NCBI GenBank assembly: GCA_963740355.1
Contig: CAVUDW010000002.1
Span: 1,280,001 to 1,344,000 of the forward strand
Reading direction: 5' to 3'
DNA: 64,000 bases
DNA from: an uncultured Gemmatimonadaceae bacterium
GTDB lineage: Bacteria > Gemmatimonadota > Gemmatimonadetes > Gemmatimonadales > Gemmatimonadaceae
The notes beneath the pieces are model-generated. The model did no database searches, was not told where the DNA came from, and was given only the letters and a program-made list of their open reading frames with translations. The position numbers and the translations under genes were made by a program. Positions within the stretch are counted from its first letter, which is position 1. Every line of letters begins with the position of its first letter. Shown here piece by piece: positions 22,150 through 32,508 of the stretch.

Positions 22150-22271
22150 CGTATCGGGGCCAGCTCGTGTTGCACCACGTTGCCCGCCTCGAGTACGGAC
22201 TTTTGATTGCGGGCAACGCGCGGCCTGAACGCCAGCGCCGCGTCTGTCAGGCTCCCCATTCCGCCAGGTCG

Positions 22272-25200
22272 ATGCGCCGCCTCCACTCGCTGCTGCTTCT
22301 CACCGCGCTACTGCCGGCCGTCGCCGGTGCGCAGGAAGCCCGTCTGCTCCGCGATCCAACGATCAGCGCCACCGACATCGCGTTCACCTATGGTGCCGAT
22401 CTCTGGATCGTCGCACGCACGGGCGGTACCGCGCGTCGTCTCACCTCGACGCCCGCAGTCGAAAGTGATCCGCACTTCTCGACCGACGGCAAGTCGATCG
22501 CGTTCACGTCGAACCGGTCAGGTTCCGCGCAGGTCTATGTGATGAGCACCGCCGGTGGGGATGCCACCCGACTCACATGGCACCCTGCGGAGTCGTACGC
22601 GCGCGGCTGGTCACCCGATGGAGCGCGTGTGCTCTACGCATCGGAACGCGGCGTTGGCCCAGCCCGATACAGTCGTCTCTGGACGGTGCGTGCGAATGGT
22701 GGCCCGTCCACGATGCTTCCAGCGCCGTGGGGACAGGATGGATCCTATGACCCCACGGGAACGAAGCTGATCGTCGATCGCGTCGATCGCTGGGACATCG
22801 AATGGCGGGGCTATCGCGGTGGCCAGAACACGGCGCTCACGATTCTCGACCTCAATGACCTGTCCGAGACGCGACTGCCGAACGAGCGCACGCAGGACAC
22901 GCGGCCGGTCTGGCTCGGCGGCTCGATCTACTTCCTTTCCGATCGTGATTGGGCGGCGAACGTCTGGTCGTACAACGTGGCGACGAAGGCACTCACGCAG
23001 GTCACTCACTTCAAGGATGCCGACGTCAAGCGGCTGTCCGGTGGCGCCGGGATGCTGGTGCTCGAGCAGGACGGATACCTGCACACGCTCGATCCTGCGA
23101 CCGGCCGGACGACCAAACTCTCGATCACCGTGCCCGGCGATTTTCAGTGGGCTGATGCACGGTGGGAAGATGTCTCGAAGCAGATCGGTGCTGCGTCGCT
23201 CGGGCCGAGTGGTGCACGCGCCGTGTTCGAGGCGCGTGGCGAGATCTTCACGGTGCCTGTCGAGAATGGAGACGCACGCAACCTCACCGCCTCCAGCGGC
23301 GCCGCCGATCGGGCACCCGTCTGGGCGCCTGATGGCAAGCAGGTGGCATGGTTCTCCGACGCGGGCGAAGGGTATCGCCTGTTGATCGGTGCCGCCGATG
23401 GCCGCGGTACGCCACGCGCCCTGTCGATTGGCGAATCGAAGATGGCGTGGGAGCCGACCTGGTCACCCGATGGATCACGCATCGCGTTTTTCGACGATGA
23501 CGTGCGGTTGCGCGTGATCGAAGTGGCGAGCGGGAAGATCATCACCGCAGATGTCGGCGGCAGCAACATCGATCGCGGGAACTCCGGGTTGGTCTGGTCG
23601 GGCGACTCCAAGTGGCTCGCGTACGGCAAGACGTTCGCGAACAACTTCCATCGCATCGTGGCATGGTCGGTCGCGACCGGGAAGGCGACGGCGCTCACCG
23701 ATGGCATGGCAGATGCCATTCGCCCGGCCTTTGACCGCGACGGGCGGCATCTGTATTTCCTCGCCAGCACCGATCTCGCGCTCGCGTCAGGCTGGGCGAA
23801 CACCAGTTCGATCGGTGCCGATCCGAACTACGGCGTCTATGTCGCCGTCCTGCGTGCCGACGATCCGAGTCCGTTCATCCCGAAGAGCGACGAGGAAGCG
23901 GCACCGACGCCGGCGAAGCCCGATACCTCGGCAGCGGCGCGCGAAGTCCGAATTGATTTCACGAACTTCGACCGCCGCATCGTCGCGCTGCCGTTGCCGG
24001 TCAAGCACTATCGCGAACTCGTTGCGGGCCCCAAGGGCTCGGTGTTCATCGGCGCTCGCACGGAGGATGGCCCTGGCCTGGCGTTCAGCAAGTTCACGCT
24101 TTCCGAGAAGAAGGCCGATGCCTTCGTGCGCGGCGTGCGCGATCTCTCCGTCTCGGCGGATGGCAAGAAATTGCTCTATCTCTCCGGCGAGACATGGGCC
24201 GTGGTCGGCACGGATGCCCCTCCAGCCCCAGGCAAGGGCGTGCTCAACCTGTCGTTGCGCACGCATCTCGACCGCCGCGCCGAATGGCGCCAGATCTTCG
24301 ACGAGACGTGGCGCTACGAGCGCGACTTCTTCTACGACCCCGGCATGCACGGCAACGACTGGAACGCCGTGCGTGCGCGGTATCGTCCGTTGGTGGAGCA
24401 TGTGCGCCATCGCGATGACCTGAACTACATCCTCGACCAGGTGAACGGTGAGTTGTCGGTCGGCCACTCGTTCGTGTTCGGCGGTGACATGCCGGCGGTG
24501 GATACCAGCCGTGTCGGGTTGCTCGGTGCAGATCTCGCGGCAGAGAATGGGCGTTGGCGGATCACGCGCATCCTGACCTACGAAAGCTGGAACCCTGGCC
24601 TCAAGGCTCCGCTGGATCGCGCCGGACTGTCGGTGCGCGCGGGTGACTATCTGCTCGCGGTGAACGGCCATGAACTGACGGCCAACGATGATCCATATCG
24701 CTGGCTCGACGGCACGGCCGACAAGCAGACCACCATCCAGGTCAATGCGCGCCCGGTGATGGACGGCGCGCGCACCGAAGTCGTGACGCCGGTCGACAAC
24801 GAGAATGAGTTGCGCACGCGTGCCTGGGTCGAGGACAATCGCCGCCGTGTCGATGAGCTCTCGGGTGGCAAGCTTGCCTACGTGTGGGTGCCGAACACCG
24901 GCGGTGGCGGATATCGCTCGTTCAATCGGTATCTCTTCGCCCAGCAGGACAAGGCGGGCGCGGTGATCGATGAACGCTTCAATGGTGGCGGAAATCTCGA
25001 CGACTACATGGTGGACTACATGACGCGTACGCTGCGCGCGGCCGTCACCAACGAAGTCCCCGGTGGTGCACACTTCGCGTTGCCGCAGGGCGTGCTTGGC
25101 CCGAAGGTGCTGCTGATCAACGAGCTGGCCGGATCGGGTGGCGACTACTTCCCGTGGGCGTTCCGCCAGCAAAAGGTCGGACCGCTGATCGGCGCACGCA

Positions 25201-25484
25201 CGTGGGGCGGCCTGGTGAAGTCGTCGGTGCACTATGCGCTGGTCGATGGTGGTGCAGTCACCGCGCCGGACAACGCCGTCTTCGATCCGATCAACAACAA
25301 GTGGATTGCGGAGAACGAAGGGGTGCCGCCGGATATCGAGGTCCTGCTCGATGCGAAGTCGGTGGCCGCCGGGCGCGATCCGCAGCTCGAACGTGCGGTG
25401 CAGGAAGCGTTGCGACTGGTGAACGCTGCGGCCCGCAAGCCGCTCACGCCACCGCCATTCTCGCGGCCGTCGAAGCGGCCCTGA
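22272..25484 (+). CDS. Tricorn-like S41 protease (secreted)
   Basis: Signal peptide, PD40 propeller repeats, YRGG, ELSVGHS, PDZ region, IDERFNGGG, catalytic GSGGD, RTWGG, ENEGVPPDIEV, DPQLE. Confidence 0.95.
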   Translation: MRRLHSLLLLTALLPAVAGAQEARLLRDPTISATDIAFTYGADLWIVARTGGTARRLTSTPAVESDPHFSTDGKSIAFTSNRSGSAQVYVMSTAGGDATRLTWHPAESYARGWSPDGARVLYASERGVGPARYSRLWTVRANGGPSTMLPAPWGQDGSYDPTGTKLIVDRVDRWDIEWRGYRGGQNTALTILDLNDLSETRLPNERTQDTRPVWLGGSIYFLSDRDWAANVWSYNVATKALTQVTHFKDADVKRLSGGAGMLVLEQDGYLHTLDPATGRTTKLSITVPGDFQWADARWEDVSKQIGAASLGPSGARAVFEARGEIFTVPVENGDARNLTASSGAADRAPVWAPDGKQVAWFSDAGEGYRLLIGAADGRGTPRALSIGESKMAWEPTWSPDGSRIAFFDDDVRLRVIEVASGKIITADVGGSNIDRGNSGLVWSGDSKWLAYGKTFANNFHRIVAWSVATGKATALTDGMADAIRPAFDRDGRHLYFLASTDLALASGWANTSSIGADPNYGVYVAVLRADDPSPFIPKSDEEAAPTPAKPDTSAAAREVRIDFTNFDRRIVALPLPVKHYRELVAGPKGSVFIGARTEDGPGLAFSKFTLSEKKADAFVRGVRDLSVSADGKKLLYLSGETWAVVGTDAPPAPGKGVLNLSLRTHLDRRAEWRQIFDETWRYERDFFYDPGMHGNDWNAVRARYRPLVEHVRHRDDLNYILDQVNGELSVGHSFVFGGDMPAVDTSRVGLLGADLAAENGRWRITRILTYESWNPGLKAPLDRAGLSVRAGDYLLAVNGHELTANDDPYRWLDGTADKQTTIQVNARPVMDGARTEVVTPVDNENELRTRAWVEDNRRRVDELSGGKLAYVWVPNTGGGGYRSFNRYLFAQQDKAGAVIDERFNGGGNLDDYMVDYMTRTLRAAVTNEVPGGAHFALPQGVLGPKVLLINELAGSGGDYFPWAFRQQKVGPLIGARTWGGLVKSSVHYALVDGGAVTAPDNAVFDPINNKWIAENEGVPPDIEVLLDAKSVAAGRDPQLERAVQEALRLVNAAARKPLTPPPFSRPSKRP

Positions 25485-25708
25485 TCAGAACCGCGGGGCT
25501 GGTCGCGTGACCTGGGGGATCAGAGTCGAGTGACCGGTCAGTACCGGAACACACCGCCCGCCGACGGAGGCCCGAATGCCGTCGGTGGCGCGGTCGCTGA
25601 CCACCGACGGGCCATCCGCCGTTCGGCGGACTTCGTTGCGGAGGGACGGCGCGTTATCGTGCGGGTTGATGCTGCAGGGGCCGGCGACTTGCTCGAGCAT
25701 GCCACCTG

Positions 25709-26761
25709 ATGCCCCCCAATCTCCCGCTTGAGACCATCGTGACCGCAGCCGCAGATACCGAAGAGTCCCCACATGTCGACCAGGACGATCTTGGTTTCGG
25801 CCGGATCGTTGGACAGCAGGTTCGTGGACGCTTCCTGAACCGTGATGGATCGCCCAACAGCCGGAAGTTCGGGCTCGGACCGCAGCGACTCGAGCGACTC
25901 TATCTCGGCGCCCTCAATACGACCTGGCTGACCTTCCTCGGCTGGTCGCTGAGCGCGATCATGTTGCTCAACGGGTGCTTCACACTCGCCTACATCGCCC
26001 TTGGCACGAAGGCGATCGCGGGTCAGGAACTGGCGGGCATTGCGGATCCGTTCCTCTCCGCCTTCAGCTTCAGCCTGGCAGTCTTCACCACCTCGGATAC
26101 CACGCCGATGTACGCCGTGGGTGCCACGGCGCATTGGTTGGTGATCTTCGAGTCGCTCCTCGGCCCGTTGTGTGTGATCGCAGTCGCTGGCCTGCTGATC
26201 GCACGGTTGATTCGTCCCCGCATGCGGCTTCGCTTCAGCGAGTCTGCGGTGGTGGCACCGTACGAAGACGGCCGCGGCCTCATGTTCCGCATCGTCAACA
26301 CGCAGCCAAGCGAGTTGAGTGATGTGCATGTGCGCGCCAATCTCGCCATGTTCGAGACGCACAACGGCGTGCGCTCGCGTGAGTTCTATCAGCTCGACCT
26401 CGAACTCGACCAGGTCCAGTTCTTCTCGCTACACTGGACGATCGTACACCCGATCACCGACAGCAGCCCACTCCGCGGATTTACGCAGGCCATGTGGCGC
26501 GAGGCTGAGGCCGAACTGTTCATCGCCATCAACGCGCACGAGGAGACGTTCTCGACCCGTGTCACGGCTCGCACGTCGTACATCGGCGACGAGATTCGCT
26601 GGGATGCAAAGTTCGCGAGTGTCTTCGTCAGCTCGCCTGACGCGGTGATCACCATCGACGTCGAGCGCCTTGATCGCCTCGAAACGCTGCCCGACGGAAC
26701 CACCAGCCAGCCGGCTGCAGCAGAGCTCAATGCAACGGCTCCACCAGCCGGGCGTCAGTAG
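25709..26761 (+). CDS. KirBac-like inward-rectifier channel homolog with a non-canonical filter
   Basis: DLGFG, RFLNRDGS.N, two TM helices, RLRFSESAVV, GLMFRIVN, WTIVHPITDSSPL, TSY..DEI.W...F. The filter position reads TSDTT. Confidence 0.88.
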   Translation: MPPNLPLETIVTAAADTEESPHVDQDDLGFGRIVGQQVRGRFLNRDGSPNSRKFGLGPQRLERLYLGALNTTWLTFLGWSLSAIMLLNGCFTLAYIALGTKAIAGQELAGIADPFLSAFSFSLAVFTTSDTTPMYAVGATAHWLVIFESLLGPLCVIAVAGLLIARLIRPRMRLRFSESAVVAPYEDGRGLMFRIVNTQPSELSDVHVRANLAMFETHNGVRSREFYQLDLELDQVQFFSLHWTIVHPITDSSPLRGFTQAMWREAEAELFIAINAHEETFSTRVTARTSYIGDEIRWDAKFASVFVSSPDAVITIDVERLDRLETLPDGTTSQPAAAELNATAPPAGRQ

Positions 26762-26779
26762 GCGATCAGAGGCATCGGG

Positions 26780-28351
26780 TCAGCGCACATCTCCGGCGCC
26801 GACCCGCACCGCTTCGTGATCCAGTTCTTCCTCCAGCTGCCGCAGGGTCTCATCGGAAATTGCGCCTTCGTTACGGAGGCGCACCAGCATCCGCCGCTCG
26901 GCCCGTAACACGCCGGTCCGGAGCTGTCGGTGCGTGAGATCGTGCGAATTGCGCTCGTGGTGCTGCATCCGATCGCGAAGCTCGCGTCGGATCCGGTCCA
27001 CCTCGGTCTGGTCGGCCCATGGTTCGCGCGCCAGGTCCTCGAGAGCCTCGGCGCCGCGCCGCATCGCCTCGCGGCGTGCATGACGCTCTTCCTCGTGATG
27101 TGTGCTGTCCGGCGCAAAGTCGAAGCGCTTGATGATCGGCGTCAACGTCAGCCCCTGGACCACCAGCGTGATCATGATCACACACATCGTGATCAGGATG
27201 ATCTCGGCGCGGTAGGGAAATGGTGCACCATTCGACAGCACCAGCGGCAGCGCGAGCGCTGACGCGAGCGAGACAATACCGCGCATGCCCGTCCACGCGA
27301 CCAACGCCACCGCCTTCGGGTTCGGCTCCGGCTCGCGACGGCGGATGTCGGCACTGAGCCAGCGTGGCAGCCAAGTCGCCACCGGCACCCACACCATTCG
27401 CAGGACAATGGCGACGATGCTGATCGCCACGCCAGCCATGAGCACGGCGCCGAGTGTGCCTGGGGGGACTTCCTTCATGAGGGGGCCGAACTGCAAGCCC
27501 AGGATCAGGAAGATGAGCGCGTTGATCACGAACACGATCAGGTCCCACACCGAGCGTGATTGCAGCCGAGACATCGGTGAGATGACCGTCGAGAAGTGCT
27601 GGCGCAGGTACACACCGCCGGCCACACACGCCAGCACCGCCGATACGTGAATCGACTCCGCCGCGACCCAGGCGAGGTACGGCGCGGCGATCGTCATCAG
27701 CGTTTCAGCCAGTGAATCCTTCGTCCAGCGCGCAGCGCGCACGACGCACCAACTGACCAGCAGCCCGATCAACGCGCCGACGGCGGCGTCGATGAAGAAC
27801 CGAACCACCGCTTCGCCGAGACTGAAGACGCCGGTGACAGCCGCCGCGACCGCCGTGCGAAAGAGCACCAGCGCCGCGGCATCGTTCACCAGGCTTTCCC
27901 CTTCGAGAATCACCACCACGCGGCGCGGCACAGGCAGCCGCGATACCACGGCCGCCGCCGCCACGGCATCGGGTGGCGAAACGATCGCACCGATCGCCAC
28001 CGCGACCGCCCACGGGAGACCGGGCAGCAGACCGCGTGCGGCAATCGCGACCACCGCGGTGGTGACGAACACGAGGCCAACGGCCAACAGGCTGATGGGG
28101 CGAATGGCCTGCTTGAACTCGCGCACCGACGTGAAGAACGCGGCTGCCCAGAGGATGGGTGGCAGGAACACGAAGAAGACGAGGTCCGGTTCCAGCTCCG
28201 GGACACGAACCCCGGGAATGAAACCAAGTGCCAGACCTGCCAGCACCTGCAGGATCGGTGACGGCACGGGCAGGCGACGGGCCAGTGCCGTGATCGCGAC
28301 GACGAGCGCCGCGACTGCGATGGCAACGAGGATTGGCTGGAATGGCGACAT
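26780..28351 (-). CDS. Na+/H+ antiporter, CPA1 family
   Basis: FLPPILW, GAIVSPPDAVA, LEGESLVNDA, WTGMRGIVSLA, C-terminal EELD tail. Start moved to ATG 28351. Confidence 0.93.
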   Translation of the reverse strand: MSPFQPILVAIAVAALVVAITALARRLPVPSPILQVLAGLALGFIPGVRVPELEPDLVFFVFLPPILWAAAFFTSVREFKQAIRPISLLAVGLVFVTTAVVAIAARGLLPGLPWAVAVAIGAIVSPPDAVAAAAVVSRLPVPRRVVVILEGESLVNDAAALVLFRTAVAAAVTGVFSLGEAVVRFFIDAAVGALIGLLVSWCVVRAARWTKDSLAETLMTIAAPYLAWVAAESIHVSAVLACVAGGVYLRQHFSTVISPMSRLQSRSVWDLIVFVINALIFLILGLQFGPLMKEVPPGTLGAVLMAGVAISIVAIVLRMVWVPVATWLPRWLSADIRRREPEPNPKAVALVAWTGMRGIVSLASALALPLVLSNGAPFPYRAEIILITMCVIMITLVVQGLTLTPIIKRFDFAPDSTHHEEERHARREAMRRGAEALEDLAREPWADQTEVDRIRRELRDRMQHHERNSHDLTHRQLRTGVLRAERRMLVRLRNEGAISDETLRQLEEELDHEAVRVGAGDVR

Positions 28352-28361
28352 GTCTGGACGG

Positions 28362-29411
28362 TCAGGCGCTGACTGGCGTACCGAGTGCTGCTCGAACTCG
28401 TGGTGCGACGGCGGTGCCGAGCAGCTCGATCGCGCGCAACATCTTCTCGTGCGGCAAGGTGGACACACCCATCTGGAAGGTGAAGCGCACGATGCCGCCG
28501 AGATCTTCATTGATCCGCAGCAACTTGGTGGCGACCGTCTCCGGATCACCGATCACCAGTGCGCCAGTGGGGCCGCGCTGCGCGTCGAACTGCGCCCGCG
28601 TGGTCGGCGGCCAGCCGCGCTCCTTCCCGATCTCGGTGAAGGTGTGCGCATAGCCAGGATAGAACTCGTTTGCGGCACCGTCGGTGGTGTCGGCCAGGAA
28701 TCCGATCGAGTGCACACCGACCTTGAGCGCCTCTGCCGCGTGACCCGCACGGCGGCCAGCGTCACGATAGAGATCGACCAGTGGCCGGAACCGTCGATGT
28801 TCACCGCCGATGATCGCCACCATCAAGGGAAGTCCGAGTGTGCCGGCGCGCACGAACGATGCTGGCGTTCCTCCGACTCCGACCCAGATTGGCAATGGCG
28901 TCTGGAGCGGCCGTGGATAAATCGCCTGGCCCGTCAACGGCGCGCGATGCTGGCCAGACCAGTGTACTCGCGTATTCTCGCGGATGGCGAGGAGGAGCTG
29001 CAGCTTTTCAGCGAAGAGCGAGTCGTAGTCCTCCAGCTGGAGGCCAAACAGCGGATATGACTCGATGAAGCTGCCGCGGCCAGCCACGATCTCGGCGCGA
29101 CCATTCGAGATCAGGTCCAGCGTCGCGAACTCCTGAAAGACGCGCACCGGATCGGCGGCGCTCAACACCGTCACGGCACTCGTGAGACGAATCCGCTCGG
29201 TGATCGCCGCCGCCGCCGCGAGGATGACCGCTGGTGCCGAGTCGAGGAACTCCGGACGGTGATGTTCGCCGATCCCGAAGACATCCAGACCGACACGATC
29301 CGCCAGCGCGATTTCCTGCAACAGCGTCTGCATCCGCTCAACTGGCGTCAGTGCCACGCCGGTGACCGGGTCAGGAATGGCCGCGGCAAAGCTATCGATA
29401 CCGATCTGCAC
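28362..29411 (-). CDS. LLM class flavin-dependent oxidoreductase (luciferase-like)
   Basis: GLDVFGIGEHH, TSAVTVLS.DPVRV, LDLISNGRAE, GRGSF. GTG start at 29411 with a GAGGAG Shine-Dalgarno. Confidence 0.93.
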   Translation of the reverse strand: MQIGIDSFAAAIPDPVTGVALTPVERMQTLLQEIALADRVGLDVFGIGEHHRPEFLDSAPAVILAAAAAITERIRLTSAVTVLSAADPVRVFQEFATLDLISNGRAEIVAGRGSFIESYPLFGLQLEDYDSLFAEKLQLLLAIRENTRVHWSGQHRAPLTGQAIYPRPLQTPLPIWVGVGGTPASFVRAGTLGLPLMVAIIGGEHRRFRPLVDLYRDAGRRAGHAAEALKVGVHSIGFLADTTDGAANEFYPGYAHTFTEIGKERGWPPTTRAQFDAQRGPTGALVIGDPETVATKLLRINEDLGGIVRFTFQMGVSTLPHEKMLRAIELLGTAVAPRVRAALGTPVSA

Positions 29412-29607
29412 AGCAGGAACTCCTCGCGCCGGAAGTGGCCGGCGTGCCATTGGTTCGGAATCACCGCCCGGCGAGACGCCGGCGATACATGATCGAGCGG
29501 GCACGCGGCGCCAGCCGACCGCGTGCCTGTGATCGATTCAATCATATCGACGCTCGCCCGTCAGCAGCCACTTCCTTGCGACGCGGCGGCTGCGCATCAT
29601 TGCCCGA

Positions 29608-30771
29608 ATGCCGACCACCGCCAGCCGTCTCAACGTCTTCACCGAATCCGTCATCCGCGGCACGACGCGGATGTCCGACCAGTACGGTGCCATCAACCTC
29701 TCGCAGGGGTTTCCGGACTTCGATCCGCCGGAAGCGATGCTGGCGGCTCTCGAGCGGGCCACGCGCGGCCCGTTTCACCAGTATGCCGTCACGTGGGGCG
29801 CACCGCGGTTTCGTGACGCATTGGCGGCCAAGATTCGTCGCTTCGCCGGTGTCGAGATCGATCCTGTGCAGCACCTGGTGGTGACCTGCGGCAGCACCGA
29901 GGCGATGGCGGCAGCGATGATGACGACCTGCAATCCAGGCGACAAGGTGATCGTGTTCTCGCCGTTCTACGAGAACTATGCCGCCGATGCGATCCTCTCC
30001 GGTGCCGTGCCGATCTACGTGCACCTGCGACCGCCGACATTCGACTTCGACCCCGATGAACTGCGGCTCGCCTTCGAGCAGACGCCGAAGGCGATCGTCA
30101 TCTGCAATCCCGGCAATCCGACGGGCAAGGTGTTCACGCGCGACGAGTTGCTGTTCATCCTGCAGCTCGCCGAGGAGCACGACTGCTACGTGATCACCGA
30201 TGAGCCGTACGAGCACATCGTCTACGCGCCGCACGTGCACACCTACATGTGTGCGCTGCCGGGCGCCGAGGAGCGTGTGATCACCTGCAATTCACTCTCC
30301 AAGACCTATTCGATCACCGGCTGGCGGCTCGGCTACGTGCAGGGCCCGCCCGATGTGATCGCGCAGGCGCGCAAGGTGCATGATTTCCTCACCATTGGCG
30401 CGGCGGCGCCACTGCAGGAGGCGGCCGTGGCGGGGCTCGAGTTGCCGCAGAGTTACTACGATGGGCTGACCACGAACTACACCGCCAAGCGCACTCTCTT
30501 CCTCGAATACCTGCGCCAGGCGGGCCTGCCGTTCACGGAACCGCAGGGGGCGTACTACGTGATGGTCGACATCGGATCGCTTGGATTCGCGACTGACACC
30601 GAAGCGTCGGAGTGGTTCATCCGCAAGGTTGGTGTCGCGGGTGTGGCTGGCTCCAGCTTCTTCCGCGAACCAACGCACAACTTCATGCGGTTCCACTTCG
30701 CCAAGCGAGACGAGACGCTGCACGCGGCGGGGGAGCGTCTGGCGAAGGTGCAGGAGATTCGGCGAGGCTGA
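29608..30771 (+). CDS. PLP-dependent aminotransferase class I/II
   Basis: AINLSQGFPDF, NPGNPTGKVF, ITDEPYE, SLSKTYSITGWRLG. Confidence 0.95.
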   Translation: MPTTASRLNVFTESVIRGTTRMSDQYGAINLSQGFPDFDPPEAMLAALERATRGPFHQYAVTWGAPRFRDALAAKIRRFAGVEIDPVQHLVVTCGSTEAMAAAMMTTCNPGDKVIVFSPFYENYAADAILSGAVPIYVHLRPPTFDFDPDELRLAFEQTPKAIVICNPGNPTGKVFTRDELLFILQLAEEHDCYVITDEPYEHIVYAPHVHTYMCALPGAEERVITCNSLSKTYSITGWRLGYVQGPPDVIAQARKVHDFLTIGAAAPLQEAAVAGLELPQSYYDGLTTNYTAKRTLFLEYLRQAGLPFTEPQGAYYVMVDIGSLGFATDTEASEWFIRKVGVAGVAGSSFFREPTHNFMRFHFAKRDETLHAAGERLAKVQEIRRG

Positions 30772-30804
30772 TCGCACGACGGCGGCGTCGCCGATCGCTT
30801 CACG

Positions 30805-32346
30805 TCACTGGCGCATCCTCATCGACTCGAACGCGACCTCGGCTTCGAGACTTTCGCGGTCGCGCCCGACCGTCGCCACCGCCACCAGCTTCCCGTTCAT
30901 GTGGTAGTCCACACGGAAATCAGGAGCGGCGATATCGAATGACCCGCTCGCCGTCGCCGTGAACCCGCGATCCGCGTGACCGACGTAGAGCAGTGTGACG
31001 TCATACTGCTCCGTCCAGAAGAAGGGCACCGCATCGAACGCCTTGTGTTGGCCGAGCATGTTTCGGGCGGCGGCCTGCCCTTGGCGTTCGGCCACGACCC
31101 AGTGTTCGACCCGCGTCAACGCGCCCGTATGCACATCCGGCCAGCGCGCGATGTCGCCAGCAGCAAAGATGTCGGGCGTGGCTGTTTGCATGTACGCGTC
31201 CACCAGCACGCCATTGTCACCGGTAAGCCCTGCGGTCGCCGCGAGCTCGGTGGATGGGCGCACCCCGACTCCGACGACGACGACATCTGCCGCGATGATT
31301 TCACCCGTCGCAAGTGTCACCTGGTGTGGTGCGATCTGGACGACAGTCGTACCGAGATGAAACTGCACGCCGTGATTTTCGTGCAGGCGCTGCATGAACG
31401 CCCCGACGTCATCGCCCAGCACACGCGACATCGGGATCGCGTCCGGCGCCACCACATGCACGTCGATGCCACGCGCCCGCAACGCGGCCGCCGCTTCCAT
31501 GCCGATGAAGCTGGCGCCGATGACCACTGCGCTGCGTGCTTGCGCGGCATCGGTCGCAATCGCTTCGCTGTCGGTCAGGGAGCGAAGCGTGTGGACATGC
31601 GGCAACTCCGCGCCAGGCGTGTCGAGCCGGATCGGCGTCGCACCGGTTGCGAGCAGCAGCTTTGCATATGGAACGCGCGCACCGCCGGTGATGACGACCT
31701 CCCGCGCCGCAGCATCGATCGATTCGACCCGTGTGGCGAGGCGCAGGTCGATGTTCCACTCGCGATAGAAGTCGATCGGCCGCAGGAAGTTGTATTCGTG
31801 CGGTATGCTGCCGCTGATGGTGCCCTTGGAGAAGTTCGGACGATCGGCAGGCGCATTGGTGTCGGCACTCAACATCGTGATCGGGCCCATGTACCCTTCC
31901 GTCCGAAGCATCTCGGCGGCGGAATTCCCGGCGGCGCCGCCACCCACGATCACGATCGGAAGCGCATCGTCTGCGACCAGCATCGGTGCGGCCGGGGGCG
32001 CGGATGGCAACTGTGCTGTGACGAAGACCTTTCCGTCGCGCACCTCGGTGTCCCAGCGTGTGAGCGGATCGAATGCCGGTGCGTGCAGCGCCGCACCGGT
32101 CGCGAGGCTGAAGCAAGCGTGGTGCAGGGGACAGCGCACCGTGTCGCCGACCACCAGGCCATCCGCGAGCGGCACGCCGTAGTGTGTGCAGTGCGCGCCG
32201 ATGGCGCTGAACGCCCCTGCCGCATGCACCAGCAACACGTGTGAGCCAAAGGCATGCCCATGCAGCATCGCGCCGTCGGCGATCGACGACACGGGCACGC
32301 CGTCGGCGAAGTCAGGTCCGGTCAGTTCGGCGGGGATGTCGCCCAT
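30805..32346 (-). CDS. Rieske [2Fe-2S] domain fused to an FAD-dependent ferredoxin reductase
   Basis: Rieske motifs CTHYG and CPLHHACF, GGGAAG, LLLATG, IGASFIGME, FAAGD, RVEHW, PFFWTEQY. Confidence 0.92.
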   Translation of the reverse strand: MGDIPAELTGPDFADGVPVSSIADGAMLHGHAFGSHVLLVHAAGAFSAIGAHCTHYGVPLADGLVVGDTVRCPLHHACFSLATGAALHAPAFDPLTRWDTEVRDGKVFVTAQLPSAPPAAPMLVADDALPIVIVGGGAAGNSAAEMLRTEGYMGPITMLSADTNAPADRPNFSKGTISGSIPHEYNFLRPIDFYREWNIDLRLATRVESIDAAAREVVITGGARVPYAKLLLATGATPIRLDTPGAELPHVHTLRSLTDSEAIATDAAQARSAVVIGASFIGMEAAAALRARGIDVHVVAPDAIPMSRVLGDDVGAFMQRLHENHGVQFHLGTTVVQIAPHQVTLATGEIIAADVVVVGVGVRPSTELAATAGLTGDNGVLVDAYMQTATPDIFAAGDIARWPDVHTGALTRVEHWVVAERQGQAAARNMLGQHKAFDAVPFFWTEQYDVTLLYVGHADRGFTATASGSFDIAAPDFRVDYHMNGKLVAVATVGRDRESLEAEVAFESMRMRQ

Positions 32347-32508
32347 GGCAAGGTGTCAGTGTGGGTTGGCCTGTGCCTCGAATGCTGCGTTGTCGTGCAT
32401 GAACCCACACGACACGGTCTTCGATCGATCGGAATGACAATACACCACGCTCGACGGCGTGTCGCAGACAGATGAGCCTGCAGCAGGCGTCGGCACCGCA
32501 CCGCTGCG

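Noticed and set aside
25510..25600. c-di-AMP (ydaO) riboswitch before the channel (GGGGGA and GCCCGAA..CCGTC look similar)
   Set aside because: The other conserved elements (GGGGUGAAU, AGCUAAC) are not visible, so it cannot be supported without a covariance search.
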